The notes: a model not told the origin generated them from the sequence alone. 58,188 bases of DNA from Methanoregula sp. (GCA_039698055.1 JBDKTL010000046.1:1-58188), one strand, 5' to 3'. Counted from the stretch's first letter, positions 1-8,979 are shown. Numbers and translations are program-made.

Positions 1-95
1 GCTGGTTTGACCGGGATCATCTTCCCGCTCTTCCCTCAACGATGAGTATTTCCCGGGCCCTCATCGATGACTGGCTACGCGAAAAGGAGCAATAA
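1..95 (+). CDS. nudC: 3' end of probable NADH pyrophosphatase (NudC-like Nudix hydrolase), partial
   Basis: Frame 3 reads WFDRDHLPALPSTMSISRALIDDWLREKEQ*, resembling the NudC C-terminal WF..D.LP..P...SI.R.LI..W pattern; only 30 aa are visible. Confidence 0.6.
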   Translation, partial: WFDRDHLPALPSTMSISRALIDDWLREKEQ

Positions 96-419
96 CGGGC
101 CAACGAAAAAAAATCCACGAAAAAAAATCGCATAAATTCGTGGGACAAAAAAAATTCCTGTTTTTATTACGGCAGTACAGGTTATTTTGCGGTTCCTGTG
201 ATCATCCTGCTGCCGATCCGCCGGCTGCACGGTCGCTCGCGGGGCACGGATTGACGGGAGAGGGAATCGGGGAGGTCATGCCCCGGCAATATCACAATGT
301 TCATATAAAACTAAAAAATAATACAGCGTGATAGGATAACCGGCTCAGCGACCGGCCCGGAAATATAAAATTCCGGCAGCCGTCAAAAATGCCGGTAATT
401 TAAAAAATGAGGCGATACC

Positions 420-1277
420 ATAACCCGTGCTCCATCACTCAAGGAGAAGATCTTCCGGATCATGGAAGAGCCTCCCGAGGGCAGTCCCGCGGGGAAGTAC
501 TTTAATTATTTCATGATTTTTATCATCGTCCTCAACGTCCTTGTCGTGATCCTTGAAACCGTCCAGCCGGTTCATGCACAGTTTTTCTGGGAATTTTCGG
601 TCATCGACCTTGTGTCTGTCCTCATCTTTACGATTGAATATATCCTCCGGCTCTGGGTGTGCGTGCTGCACCGGGAATTCAAAAATCCGTTTTCCGGCAG
701 GATCCGGTATGCACTGACGCCGTTTGCCATCATCGACCTGCTCGCGATTGCCCCGTTCTATCTTCCCTTGTTCATGCCCATCGACCTGCGGTTCCTGAGG
801 ATTCTCCGGCTCTTCAGGATTATCCGTGTGCTGAAGCTCGGGCGCTATTCGGAAGCCACCACGGCGTTTCACCGGGTGCTTGTCAAGAAAAAAGAAGAAC
901 TGATTCTCACGTTTTCAATCCTTGGAATCGCGATCGTTCTCTCCAGTTCCCTTATGTATTATGCAGAGCACGATGTCCAGCCTGAAGCATTTGCAAGCAT
1001 CCCCCATGCAATGTGGTGGGCGCTTGTCACGCTTGCAACCGTTGGGTATGGCGATGTATATCCTATCACGCCGCTGGGGAAACTGCTCGGTGGAATTGTC
1101 GTTATTATTGGCATTGCAATATTTGCCCTTCCGTCTGCGATATTTGCTTCGGGATTTATCGAAGATTACCATCACCGGAAGCGTATTGTCTGTCCGGCCT
1201 GCGGTTCGGTCATCAATATCGAAAACATCCCCGAAGTGACCGCACCGGAAGATACTAAGGAAAAACCGGAGAACTAA
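420..1277 (+). CDS. Voltage-gated potassium channel / ion transporter (6 TM)
   Basis: S4 motif RFLRILRLFRIIRVLK, pore TVGYGD, C-terminal CPACG. ORF-track start is 462 (ATG); an in-frame ATA at 420 follows SD GAGGCGA. Confidence 0.9.
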   Translation: MTRAPSLKEKIFRIMEEPPEGSPAGKYFNYFMIFIIVLNVLVVILETVQPVHAQFFWEFSVIDLVSVLIFTIEYILRLWVCVLHREFKNPFSGRIRYALTPFAIIDLLAIAPFYLPLFMPIDLRFLRILRLFRIIRVLKLGRYSEATTAFHRVLVKKKEELILTFSILGIAIVLSSSLMYYAEHDVQPEAFASIPHAMWWALVTLATVGYGDVYPITPLGKLLGGIVVIIGIAIFALPSAIFASGFIEDYHHRKRIVCPACGSVINIENIPEVTAPEDTKEKPEN

Positions 1278-1370
1278 GGTACCCATGTGAATCCCGTTGG
1301 CGTCATGCAGGTTTTTTAAATCGTTTCTTAAACAATTCTTTTAACCAATGCCGTACAACAATGTTAGGAC

Positions 1371-1442
1371 GGGCTGGTAGATCAGTGGTAGATCGCTCCC
1401 TTGGCATGGGAGAGGCCGCGGGTTCAATTCCCGCCCAGTCCA
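1371..1442 (+). tRNA. tRNA-Ala(GGC)
   Basis: GGGCTGG/CCAGTCC acceptor stem with G3:U70, anticodon arm CTCCC-TTGGCAT-GGGAG, T-loop GGTTCAATTCC. Confidence 0.97.
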
Positions 1443-1519
1443 TTCGTTTTTACCTGTTTTTTCTCTCACGCAGACACACGTTATTTATGTTTGAACAATA
1501 ATCGTATGTCAGAGCGACC

Positions 1520-2149
1520 ATGCGTATCCGCGATCTCATCCTTCCCGAAGATAAGGTTTTTTTTGTGCTGTTTAATGAAATGTGTGCCAAAATTGCCGAG
1601 GCTGCCACCATACTCAATGAGATGACGCATGAACTCCCCGAGGGTACGGAAAAATCCCACAAGGTGCGGCAACTGGAACATATGGGCGACGAGATCACCC
1701 GGCATATCTACGAGCAGCTCAACGAATCGCTGATTACCCCCCTTGAGCCGGAAGAGATTTCCCGGCTGGCCCCGGTTTTAGACGATGTGCTGGACAAGAT
1801 CGACTGGGTCACCAACCAGCTCGCAAACTATGGCATTCCCCAGTCAAACGATGTATTAAAAGAATACTCGTACCTGGTCATGCTCGCGAGCACGGAGATC
1901 GCATCGGCGGTTGATGCACTCTCAAAACTGGACCGGCCCGATGATGTCAAATCGCATGTGCTGGAGATCAACCGTCTCTATAATCTTTCGGGGGAACTGC
2001 TCTCGCGGGCGGTCCTTGATCTCTTCAAGGCGCAGGACCTGCTGCTCATCATCAAACTCAAGGATATCTATGAAAGCCTTGCCCTGGTGATGGATAAATG
2101 CAACGACGTCGGCCATGCGCTCAGTGACATCTCGATGAGCCATTCATGA
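1520..2149 (+). CDS. DUF47 / PhoU-like phosphate transport regulator (copy 1)
   Basis: LEHMGD...ITPLEPEEI..L...LDDVLD and KDIYE motifs; directly upstream of a PiT gene. Confidence 0.9.
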   Translation: MRIRDLILPEDKVFFVLFNEMCAKIAEAATILNEMTHELPEGTEKSHKVRQLEHMGDEITRHIYEQLNESLITPLEPEEISRLAPVLDDVLDKIDWVTNQLANYGIPQSNDVLKEYSYLVMLASTEIASAVDALSKLDRPDDVKSHVLEINRLYNLSGELLSRAVLDLFKAQDLLLIIKLKDIYESLALVMDKCNDVGHALSDISMSHS

Positions 2150-3339
2150 CCGGCATGGATCCTGTCATCCTGTTTGGGGTCCTGCTGGCCCTTGCGATGA
2201 ATTTCATCAACGGGCTCAACGATGCCGCCCATGCCATTGCAACGGTCGTCGCAACAAAAGCCCTGTCGCCCTTCAAAGCGGTCCTGCTCACGGGGATCTG
2301 CAATATGCTGGGCCCGTTTATTTTCACGACCGCAGTTGCAACAACGATCGGTACGACCATCATTTATGGCAGCGCACTCACCCCGCAGTCGATCATCATT
2401 GCCATTCTCGTATCGACAGCTCTTGTCTTTACGGCCACCCGCATGGGTATCCCCCTTTCAAGCAGCCATGCGATGGTCGGGGGACTGATTGGCTCAAGCA
2501 TCGCAGCATTTGGCTTTGCAGCGGTCATTGTCCCGAGCCTGAGTATCCTTGCAGAAACTCTTGTATGGGGAATCATCGGTGCCTTTATCGGTGCCATAGT
2601 CATCGGGGTGATTGCCGGATCGCTTGAAGGGGACGTGAAACTGGGTGTCATCATCGGCGCGATATGTGGAACCGGTGTTATTATCCCGCTCATGATGATC
2701 ATCGGGGTGCTCAAATTAACCGGCCTTTTCGCGATTGTCCTGTTCATCTTCATCTCCCCCGTCCTTGGAATTGTCACGGCATTTCTTTTCGATGTGGCAA
2801 TCTCCCACCTGTTCCGGAACTCCCGCCAGAACAGGATGAAACGGATATTTTCCCCTCTCCACGTGTTTGCCTGTCTCTTCCAGGCGGCAGGGCATGGGGC
2901 AAATGACGGCCAGCATGCCGTTGGTATTATCACCGCACTGCTCCTGTCCGCCGGTGTGATATCGACTTTTGCCATCCCGACATGGGTCATTCTCGCATCC
3001 GCGATCGCCATCGGGCTTGGCACCTGTTTTGGCGGATGGAAAGTCGTGGACAAGATGGCAAAAAAGATTACGAAGATCCGCCCGTACCAGGGTTTCTGCG
3101 CCGCCACTGCCGGCAGTGCGACGCTTGCCATGGTCACCTCGTACGGTGTGCCGGTTTCTTCCACCCATGTGATCAGCGGCGCCATTATTGGTGTCGGGGT
3201 GACCCGGGGCAAGAATGCGGTCCAGTGGGACGTAGTTCGCGAGATGATGATCGCATGGGTGATCACGATCCCGCTTGCCGCACTCTGTTCATGGGCCGGC
3301 TTTTTGTGTTTCGAACTTGTCCGCAGGGCAGTTATGTAA
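2146..3339 (+). CDS. PiT-family inorganic phosphate transporter (copy 1)
   Basis: NGLNDAAHAIAT, PLSSSH, HGANDGQH, PVSSTH motifs; ATGA overlap with DUF47. Confidence 0.93.
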   Translation: MTGMDPVILFGVLLALAMNFINGLNDAAHAIATVVATKALSPFKAVLLTGICNMLGPFIFTTAVATTIGTTIIYGSALTPQSIIIAILVSTALVFTATRMGIPLSSSHAMVGGLIGSSIAAFGFAAVIVPSLSILAETLVWGIIGAFIGAIVIGVIAGSLEGDVKLGVIIGAICGTGVIIPLMMIIGVLKLTGLFAIVLFIFISPVLGIVTAFLFDVAISHLFRNSRQNRMKRIFSPLHVFACLFQAAGHGANDGQHAVGIITALLLSAGVISTFAIPTWVILASAIAIGLGTCFGGWKVVDKMAKKITKIRPYQGFCAATAGSATLAMVTSYGVPVSSTHVISGAIIGVGVTRGKNAVQWDVVREMMIAWVITIPLAALCSWAGFLCFELVRRAVM

Positions 3340-3398
3340 AAAAAAGCGTTTCCGCTATATTTTTTAGGGATCTTCACTGACTAACTGGTAGGTTTGTT

Positions 3399-4028
3399 AT
3401 GGGCATTCGCGAATTTTTGATACCTCAGGACAAGATTTTTTTCGATCTGTTTGAACGCCAGGCAGCAACCATGCGGGAAGCGGCATACCAGCTGGTTGCC
3501 CTGACGGAAGATTTCACCAATGTTAAAGAGAAACGCCATGCCATCGAGGTGCTCGAACACCAGGGCGACCAGATCACCCATTCGATCCATGAACAGCTCA
3601 ACAGCACGTTCATCACCCCCCTCGATCCTGAAGAGATTACAAGGCTCGCGTCAGCACTTGACGATGTGCTGGATTTTATCGATGGCGCTACCGAGAAAAT
3701 GTTTTACTATGGTATCGAAGCCACCGATGTCCATATGATCGAACTGGCAAAACTTATCCACATGTCCACAATCGAGATCGAAGGTGCGGTAAAAGGGATC
3801 CGCTCCATCAAGAACCCCCGGTATATTGAAGAGCGCTGCATCGAGGTCAACCGGCTTGAAAACCTTGCTGACGATGTGCTTGCCCATGCGGTCACGGACC
3901 TGTTCCGGAGCCAGGACGCGATCACCATCATCAAGTTCAAGGATATCTACGAACACCTGGAAACGGCAACCGACCGGTGCGAAGATGTTGCAAATGCCTT
4001 ATCGGATATTGCGATGCGCCATTCGTAA
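3399..4028 (+). CDS. DUF47 / PhoU-like phosphate transport regulator (copy 2)
   Basis: LEHQGD...FITPLDPEEI...LDDVLD, LENLADD, KDIYEHLETATDRCEDVA. Confidence 0.92.
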   Translation: MGIREFLIPQDKIFFDLFERQAATMREAAYQLVALTEDFTNVKEKRHAIEVLEHQGDQITHSIHEQLNSTFITPLDPEEITRLASALDDVLDFIDGATEKMFYYGIEATDVHMIELAKLIHMSTIEIEGAVKGIRSIKNPRYIEERCIEVNRLENLADDVLAHAVTDLFRSQDAITIIKFKDIYEHLETATDRCEDVANALSDIAMRHS

Positions 4029-4057
4029 TGAGGAATACATAATCCCACGAGACCATC

Positions 4058-5089
4058 ATGCTGGAAGCATCACTTGCCCTCATTATCGGTATCATTGGCA
4101 TTGCGCTGATCTTTGATTTTACCAACGGATTTCATGATTCAGCAAATTCCATTTCGACGGTTGTCTCAACAAAAGTCCTCTCCCCCAGAAATGCCGTAAT
4201 GTTTGCCGCATTCTTTAATTTTATCGCAGCATTCGGGTTTGGGGTGGCGGTGGCAAGCACAATATCAAAGATTATCAAGCTTGACATTGTCCCGACCACG
4301 CTCATCCCGTACATTGTCCTGTCAGCGCTTATCGGCGCCATCTGCTGGAACCTCATCACCTGGCTTTTAGGGCTGCCAACCTCATCGTCTCATGCGCTCA
4401 TCGGGGGGATGGCCGGTGCCGGCATCTCTGCTGCAGGAATCGCCGCTGTGATGTGGTCAACCGTTGGGCTGGTTGCCCTCTTCATGGTGCTCTCCCCCAT
4501 CATCGGGTTTACCGGTGGTTTTTTCTTTATGGTGTTTGTCCTTCACCTTTCCAGAAAAGCCAGCAAGGCAACTGCCGAGGGATATTTTAAACGTCTCCAG
4601 CTCTTTTCTGCGGCGGCATACAGTTTCAGCCACGGAACTAATGACGCACAGAAAACCATGGGAATCATCGTTCCGCTCCTGTTCTCGATTGGCTATTTCG
4701 GCGTAGCAGCAGATCCCAATAATCTCCCGGTGCCGATCTGGGTCATTCTCATGGCCCACGCAGCAATAGCGCTGGGTACGCTTGCCGGCGGGTGGAGGAT
4801 TGTTAAAACCATGGGCTTTAAGATCACCAAACTCCGGCCGGTGCACGGGTTTGCCGCTGAAACAGCCGGCGCAGCAACGATTATCGGGGCATCGGTCGTC
4901 GGCATCCCCGTGAGTACGACTCACATCATCTGTTCGTCGATCATGGGCGTTGGTACAACGAACGGTTCAAGCACGGTAAAATGGGGTGTTGCCCGCACCA
5001 TTGTCTGGGCATGGGTGCTCACCATCCCGGTCAGCGCACTGATCGGGTTTGTCTCGTTTGCGATCATCAGGGTTATTATCGGGTATTAG
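4058..5089 (+). CDS. PiT-family inorganic phosphate transporter (copy 2)
   Basis: NGFHDSANSIST, GLPTSSSH, HGTNDAQKTMG, PVSTTH motifs. Confidence 0.95.
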   Translation: MLEASLALIIGIIGIALIFDFTNGFHDSANSISTVVSTKVLSPRNAVMFAAFFNFIAAFGFGVAVASTISKIIKLDIVPTTLIPYIVLSALIGAICWNLITWLLGLPTSSSHALIGGMAGAGISAAGIAAVMWSTVGLVALFMVLSPIIGFTGGFFFMVFVLHLSRKASKATAEGYFKRLQLFSAAAYSFSHGTNDAQKTMGIIVPLLFSIGYFGVAADPNNLPVPIWVILMAHAAIALGTLAGGWRIVKTMGFKITKLRPVHGFAAETAGAATIIGASVVGIPVSTTHIICSSIMGVGTTNGSSTVKWGVARTIVWAWVLTIPVSALIGFVSFAIIRVIIGY

Positions 5090-5215
5090 GTAGGGTAACG
5101 ATCTCAATATTATGAGGAGGAGATTCTCATATTTTCCTGATTGGACGTAATGAAAAAAGGAGTAAATTTTTTTTATATCACACAGTTGACTGTGAATAAT
5201 TTAATTCAAATAAAA

Positions 5216-5668
5216 TCATTCAAGAATTAGTTTGTAAAATTCAGAATTAGTTAATAATCTAAGATTCGGCACTTCTTTCTTCACTCTTTTTCTCAATATA
5301 TTATCATCAGTGACAAGATAATCCACATCGCATTTTGCTGTTGCGGCAATTAACGCATCATGCATCATTTTGATATTTCCTTTATAGATAGCATCAATTT
5401 CTTCACCATCATAAAAGGATGCTTCACCTAAACGGGAAACCCCAAGGACAAATCCTCTCGTTGGAATGCGAGTACAGTAGTTCTGCATAAAATTCAAGAG
5501 ATTTGATCGTAATCCTGAATTCGGAATTTTTTCGATTTCATCTTCCTGAATATGAGTTATACAAAGAGTCAATTTTCGATTATTCACAGCAAGAACAACA
5601 CAATCAAAGAGGGTTTTATCGTATCCAATTGAATTGATAGCATTGGTATCCAGCATAAAGATAGGCAT
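5216..5668 (-). CDS. PIN-domain (VapC-like) nuclease
   Basis: FMLDTNA N-terminal motif, acidic EDEI, DALIAATA...YLVTDD; AT-rich sequence; start chosen at MPIF (ORF is open to 5716). Confidence 0.8.
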   Translation of the reverse strand: MPIFMLDTNAINSIGYDKTLFDCVVLAVNNRKLTLCITHIQEDEIEKIPNSGLRSNLLNFMQNYCTRIPTRGFVLGVSRLGEASFYDGEEIDAIYKGNIKMMHDALIAATAKCDVDYLVTDDNILRKRVKKEVPNLRLLTNSEFYKLILE

Positions 5669-5833
5669 TTTTGAAATCCATCCAAAATATTTTAACATAA
5701 CCAAATCGGTAATCATATAATTCGAAAATACATTTACCCCTTATTATGGGTGGTATTTATACAGTTATTCATATTATTTTTAAAACCTCTTCATTTTTTT
5801 GTGAGTAATGAATGTATTGTGCTGATTTCAAAG

Positions 5834-5905
5834 ATGGGGGCTGATGCCCCCATACCCCAAAAAAAGATGAACGTCGCCGCCCCCGAGGGGACGCCCCCGC
5901 GGCGA
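5834..5905. repeat. GC-rich hairpins (REP-like)
   Basis: ATGGGGGC-TGAT-GCCCCCAT (5834-5853); TCGCCGC (5874-5880) pairs with GCGGCGA (5899-5905), enclosing CCCC-GA-GGGG. Confidence 0.7.
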
Positions 5906-5982
5906 TCTGAATTCGGTTTTATTGATAAAAAAAAAATTCCTTAGAATCAATATTTACTGACAATTAAAAAAATGAGGATTTA

Positions 5983-6048
5983 TGGGGGTCAAGGGGATGC
6001 TCCCCTTGGGGTGCCTCCCCCTTTGGGGGAGTGAGGGGGTCACCCTCA
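5983..6048. repeat. Three consecutive GC-rich hairpins (REP/MITE-like element)
   Basis: CAAGGGGA-TGC-TCCCCTTG, CTCCCCC-TTT-GGGGGAG, TGAGGG-GGTCA-CCCTCA in an AT-rich background. Confidence 0.7.
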
Positions 6049-6230
6049 TAATCTATCTGAAAGATTTGGAATACCTGGATGAACACAGGTTTTTGATGAA
6101 GCCGAAATTTTGCAATCTAGCAAAATCCGTATGAACTGAAGTGAATCTTTAAAAAAAATCTTATTCCAATAATCTTTATTGGATGTGCAAACATCACGTG
6201 ACGTTTTTGTCATAGAGATGTAAGGAGCCA

Positions 6231-6884
6231 TTATTTTTCCAACGGATTTTTCACAAAATACCGGCAGTACTGACGTATCGGACAGCGCTCGCAATGCGGT
6301 TTTTTGGCATCGCAGCACTCCCGCCCGTGGGTGATAAGGAGATCCGTCAGGTCGCCCCACACTGCCTGTGGATATATTTTCATAAGATCCTGTTCGATCA
6401 CCGCCACGTTGTCGGTATCGGAAAATCCTATACGCTGTGCGAGGCGGCGGACGTGCGTGTCAACGGCAATGCCCTCGTTTTTCCCCAGCGCGTGATACAG
6501 GACAATATTTGCGGTTTTCCTGCCGACACCTGGGATCTTTACGAGGTCATCCATCGTTTGCGGAACCTTGCCGTCAAAATCCCGGAGAATTGTCTGTGCC
6601 GCGGCAATGATATGCCGGGTCTTGGCATGGTAAAACCCGAGACTGTGGATGATCTCCTCGACATCGGAAACTTCGGCATGGGCAAGTGATTTCGGGGTTG
6701 GGTACCTGGCAAAAAGCGGCTTTTTTACTTTTAAGACCGCACGATCAGTTGTCTGTGCGGAAAGAACCGTGAGAATAAGCACGACAAACGGCGTGCCGCG
6801 ATCAACGCTCTTTGGAAAACCAACCGCATGAGGATACGCGGTAATCAGGACAGAATAGATATCTTTTGCATCCTGTTTTTTCAT
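6231..6884 (-). CDS. nth: Endonuclease III (HhH-GPD glycosylase, 4Fe-4S)
   Basis: LSAQTTD, IPGVGRKTAN, IAVDTHV, C-x6-C-x2-C-x5-C; start MKKQ because the upstream part of the ORF is tRNA-Pro. Confidence 0.96.
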   Translation of the reverse strand: MKKQDAKDIYSVLITAYPHAVGFPKSVDRGTPFVVLILTVLSAQTTDRAVLKVKKPLFARYPTPKSLAHAEVSDVEEIIHSLGFYHAKTRHIIAAAQTILRDFDGKVPQTMDDLVKIPGVGRKTANIVLYHALGKNEGIAVDTHVRRLAQRIGFSDTDNVAVIEQDLMKIYPQAVWGDLTDLLITHGRECCDAKKPHCERCPIRQYCRYFVKNPLEK

Positions 6885-6886
6885 TA

Positions 6887-6961
6887 TGGGGTAGGGCGGA
6901 TTCGAACCGCCGTCAAAGCGTCCCAAACGCTCTAGGATGGACCAGGCTACCCTACTACCCC
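6887..6961 (-). tRNA. tRNA-Pro(TGG)
   Basis: Reverse complement GGGGTAG...GAGCG-TTTGGGA-CGCTT...GGTTCGAATCC...CTACCCCA. Confidence 0.96.
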
Positions 6962-7020
6962 GCGCCTTACAGTATTGTTGCGGGTCTCTAAAAATACCTG
7001 CCGTTTGATGGGTGGGAAAA

Positions 7021-7725
7021 TCAGAGCGGGAGCGGTTTTTTCCGGGTTTCGCTCACGACGGTTCCGGTAAAAGTGCCTTTTAAGATCGCGCCCGACAGGT
7101 TCTTTGGTTTGCTCCCGTCAAGTACCACGAGCGGGATGTGGCTGCGCTCGACAACCCGGGCAGCGACAATGTCAAGAACATTGTTCGATCCGGCGGTTAA
7201 CGCCTTCGTCCCGACAATTTCGACCAGCTGCCGGGGCGTAAGCGTATCGTAGCGTTTCGCGGTTTTGTCTTTTTTCGGGTCGGCGGAATAAATGCCGTCA
7301 ACTGACGTCACGTTGATAAAGACATCAGCCCGCACACGTTCGGCGAGCACGGCAGCAACGGCATCGGTGGTCTGGCCCGGTGTGATGCCGCCCATCACCA
7401 CAATCTTACCGGTTTCGGCAAACTTTTTTGCCTCTGCATGGCTTTCGGCAACTTTCGGGTAGGCATCTCCTTCAAGAGCGGATATCAGGAGCGTGGCGTT
7501 CAGCCGGGTGATGAGGATGCCAATCTCATCAGCGGTGCCTTCGTCAATTGCGAGGCTGCGGGCAAGGTCGATATAGCGCCGCGCTTCACCGCCGCCGCCG
7601 ACCACCACAAAAAGCCGGTGCTGTGCAGCAATATCCCGGAGTACCGGGAGATACGCCCTGATCCTGTTTTTCTCAAGGTCCGGAATGAGAATGGAACCGC
7701 CAAGCGAGATGACAACCGTCTTCAT
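7021..7725 (-). CDS. pyrH: UMP kinase (archaeal type)
   Basis: VISLGGS, VVGGGG.AR.YI, GG..PGQTTDAVAA, VDGIY.ADPK. Confidence 0.95.
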   Translation of the reverse strand: MKTVVISLGGSILIPDLEKNRIRAYLPVLRDIAAQHRLFVVVGGGGEARRYIDLARSLAIDEGTADEIGILITRLNATLLISALEGDAYPKVAESHAEAKKFAETGKIVVMGGITPGQTTDAVAAVLAERVRADVFINVTSVDGIYSADPKKDKTAKRYDTLTPRQLVEIVGTKALTAGSNNVLDIVAARVVERSHIPLVVLDGSKPKNLSGAILKGTFTGTVVSETRKKPLPL

Positions 7726-7769
7726 TGCACTAGTTTTTGTACCGGATAGTCTTAAGTTAGTTGTTGAAT

Positions 7770-7928
7770 ATGCTGCGCTGCCCGGTCTGTAAAAGCCGCG
7801 ATATCTTTCCGGTTTCGGGAGGATATATCGGCCAGGTGTACCAGTGTAAGGACTGCAAGTATCGGGGCTCGTTTGTGCTCGACATCAATGAACCGGATGA
7901 TACGGCATGGGAAAAAAATAAAGAATAG
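7770..7928 (+). CDS. Small zinc-ribbon protein, 52 aa (not in the ORF track)
   Basis: MLRCPVCKSRDIFPVSGGYIGQVYQCKDCKYRGSFVLDINEPDDTAWEKNKE*: CPxC...YxCxxC; fills the pyrH-amrS gap. Confidence 0.8.
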   Translation: MLRCPVCKSRDIFPVSGGYIGQVYQCKDCKYRGSFVLDINEPDDTAWEKNKE

Positions 7929-7965
7929 CGACAGCCGGACAATCAAACCAAGGAAGGGAACGTGT

Positions 7966-8979
7966 ATGTACGAAGCGCGCCAGTACCAGAAAAAAGAGAA
8001 GAGTGCGGTGCAGTGCTCGCTGTGCAGCCATCGCTGCACGATCGCCGATACCAAAACCGGGATCTGTGGTGTGCGAAAAAACGATGGCGGGATATTGTAC
8101 GCGACTACCTATGGCCTGATCAGTGCCGAGGCGGTTGACCCGGTTGAAAAAAAGCCGCTCTTCCACTACCTGCCCGGCACCCGGGCGTATTCTCTTGGCG
8201 GGATCGGGTGCAATTTCCATTGCGAGCACTGCCAGAACTGGCATATTTCCCGTGCCAATAAGGACACTATCCGTCTTGCTTCACTCTCTCCGGATGAAGG
8301 GGTCGGCCGCGCGATTGAAAGCGGGAGCGCGAGTATTGCATGGACGTACAATGAACCAACCATCTGGCACGAGTACACGCTCGATATGGGAACCCTTGCC
8401 CGGGCCCGGGGGCTTGGGACAATTTACGTGACAAACGGGTACATCACGGAAGAAGCCCTGCGGGAACTTTCGCCGATGCTGGGTGCATACCGGGTGGATC
8501 TCAAGGCATTTACGGACGGATTTTACAAAAAAATCTGCGGGGCGCATCTCCAGCCGGTGCTCGATTCAGCCATTGTCGCGCGGGAACTCGGTATGCACAT
8601 CGAGACGGTGACGCTGGTCATCCCGGGCCTCAACGACAGCATGGATGAGACAGACGCCCTGATCCGCTGGGTGATCGAACATCTCGGCCCGGAAACGCCG
8701 ATGCATTTCTCGCGGTTCCACCCGGATTACCAGATGACTGACCGGGCTGCAACACCCGTGGCAACGCTTGAGAAAATTTATCACCGGGCAAAAGAGCTTG
8801 GCCTGCAATTCCCCTACCTTGGCAATGTGTCTGACCACCCGTACGGCAATACGTACTGCCCCGCGTGCGGGACGCTCCTTATCGCACGACAGGGCTATTC
8901 CTGCCGGTTTGTTGCGCTTCACGGCGATACGTGCAAAAACTGCGGCGAACACATCGGGATCGTGCGCCATGTCTCCTGA
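7966..8979 (+). CDS. amrS: AmmeMemoRadiSam-system radical SAM enzyme
   Basis: CSLCSHRC...GICGVR, DPVEKKPLFH, GCNFHCEHCQNW, TYNEP, C-terminal CPAC...CKNC. Confidence 0.9.
   Translation: MYEARQYQKKEKSAVQCSLCSHRCTIADTKTGICGVRKNDGGILYATTYGLISAEAVDPVEKKPLFHYLPGTRAYSLGGIGCNFHCEHCQNWHISRANKDTIRLASLSPDEGVGRAIESGSASIAWTYNEPTIWHEYTLDMGTLARARGLGTIYVTNGYITEEALRELSPMLGAYRVDLKAFTDGFYKKICGAHLQPVLDSAIVARELGMHIETVTLVIPGLNDSMDETDALIRWVIEHLGPETPMHFSRFHPDYQMTDRAATPVATLEKIYHRAKELGLQFPYLGNVSDHPYGNTYCPACGTLLIARQGYSCRFVALHGDTCKNCGEHIGIVRHVS

Noticed and set aside
1401-1625. 74-aa ORF MAWERPRVQFPP
   Set aside because: Shadow of tRNA-Ala, overlapping the DUF47 gene.
6885-6926. N-terminal extension of Nth (MGRFDGGSNPPYPI)
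   Set aside because: It is the translated tRNA-Pro sequence.
1371-6961. tRNA-anchored integrated element between tRNA-Ala and tRNA-Pro
   Set aside because: No integrase and no duplicated tRNA 3' end (att site) were found; the enclosed genes are mostly housekeeping.
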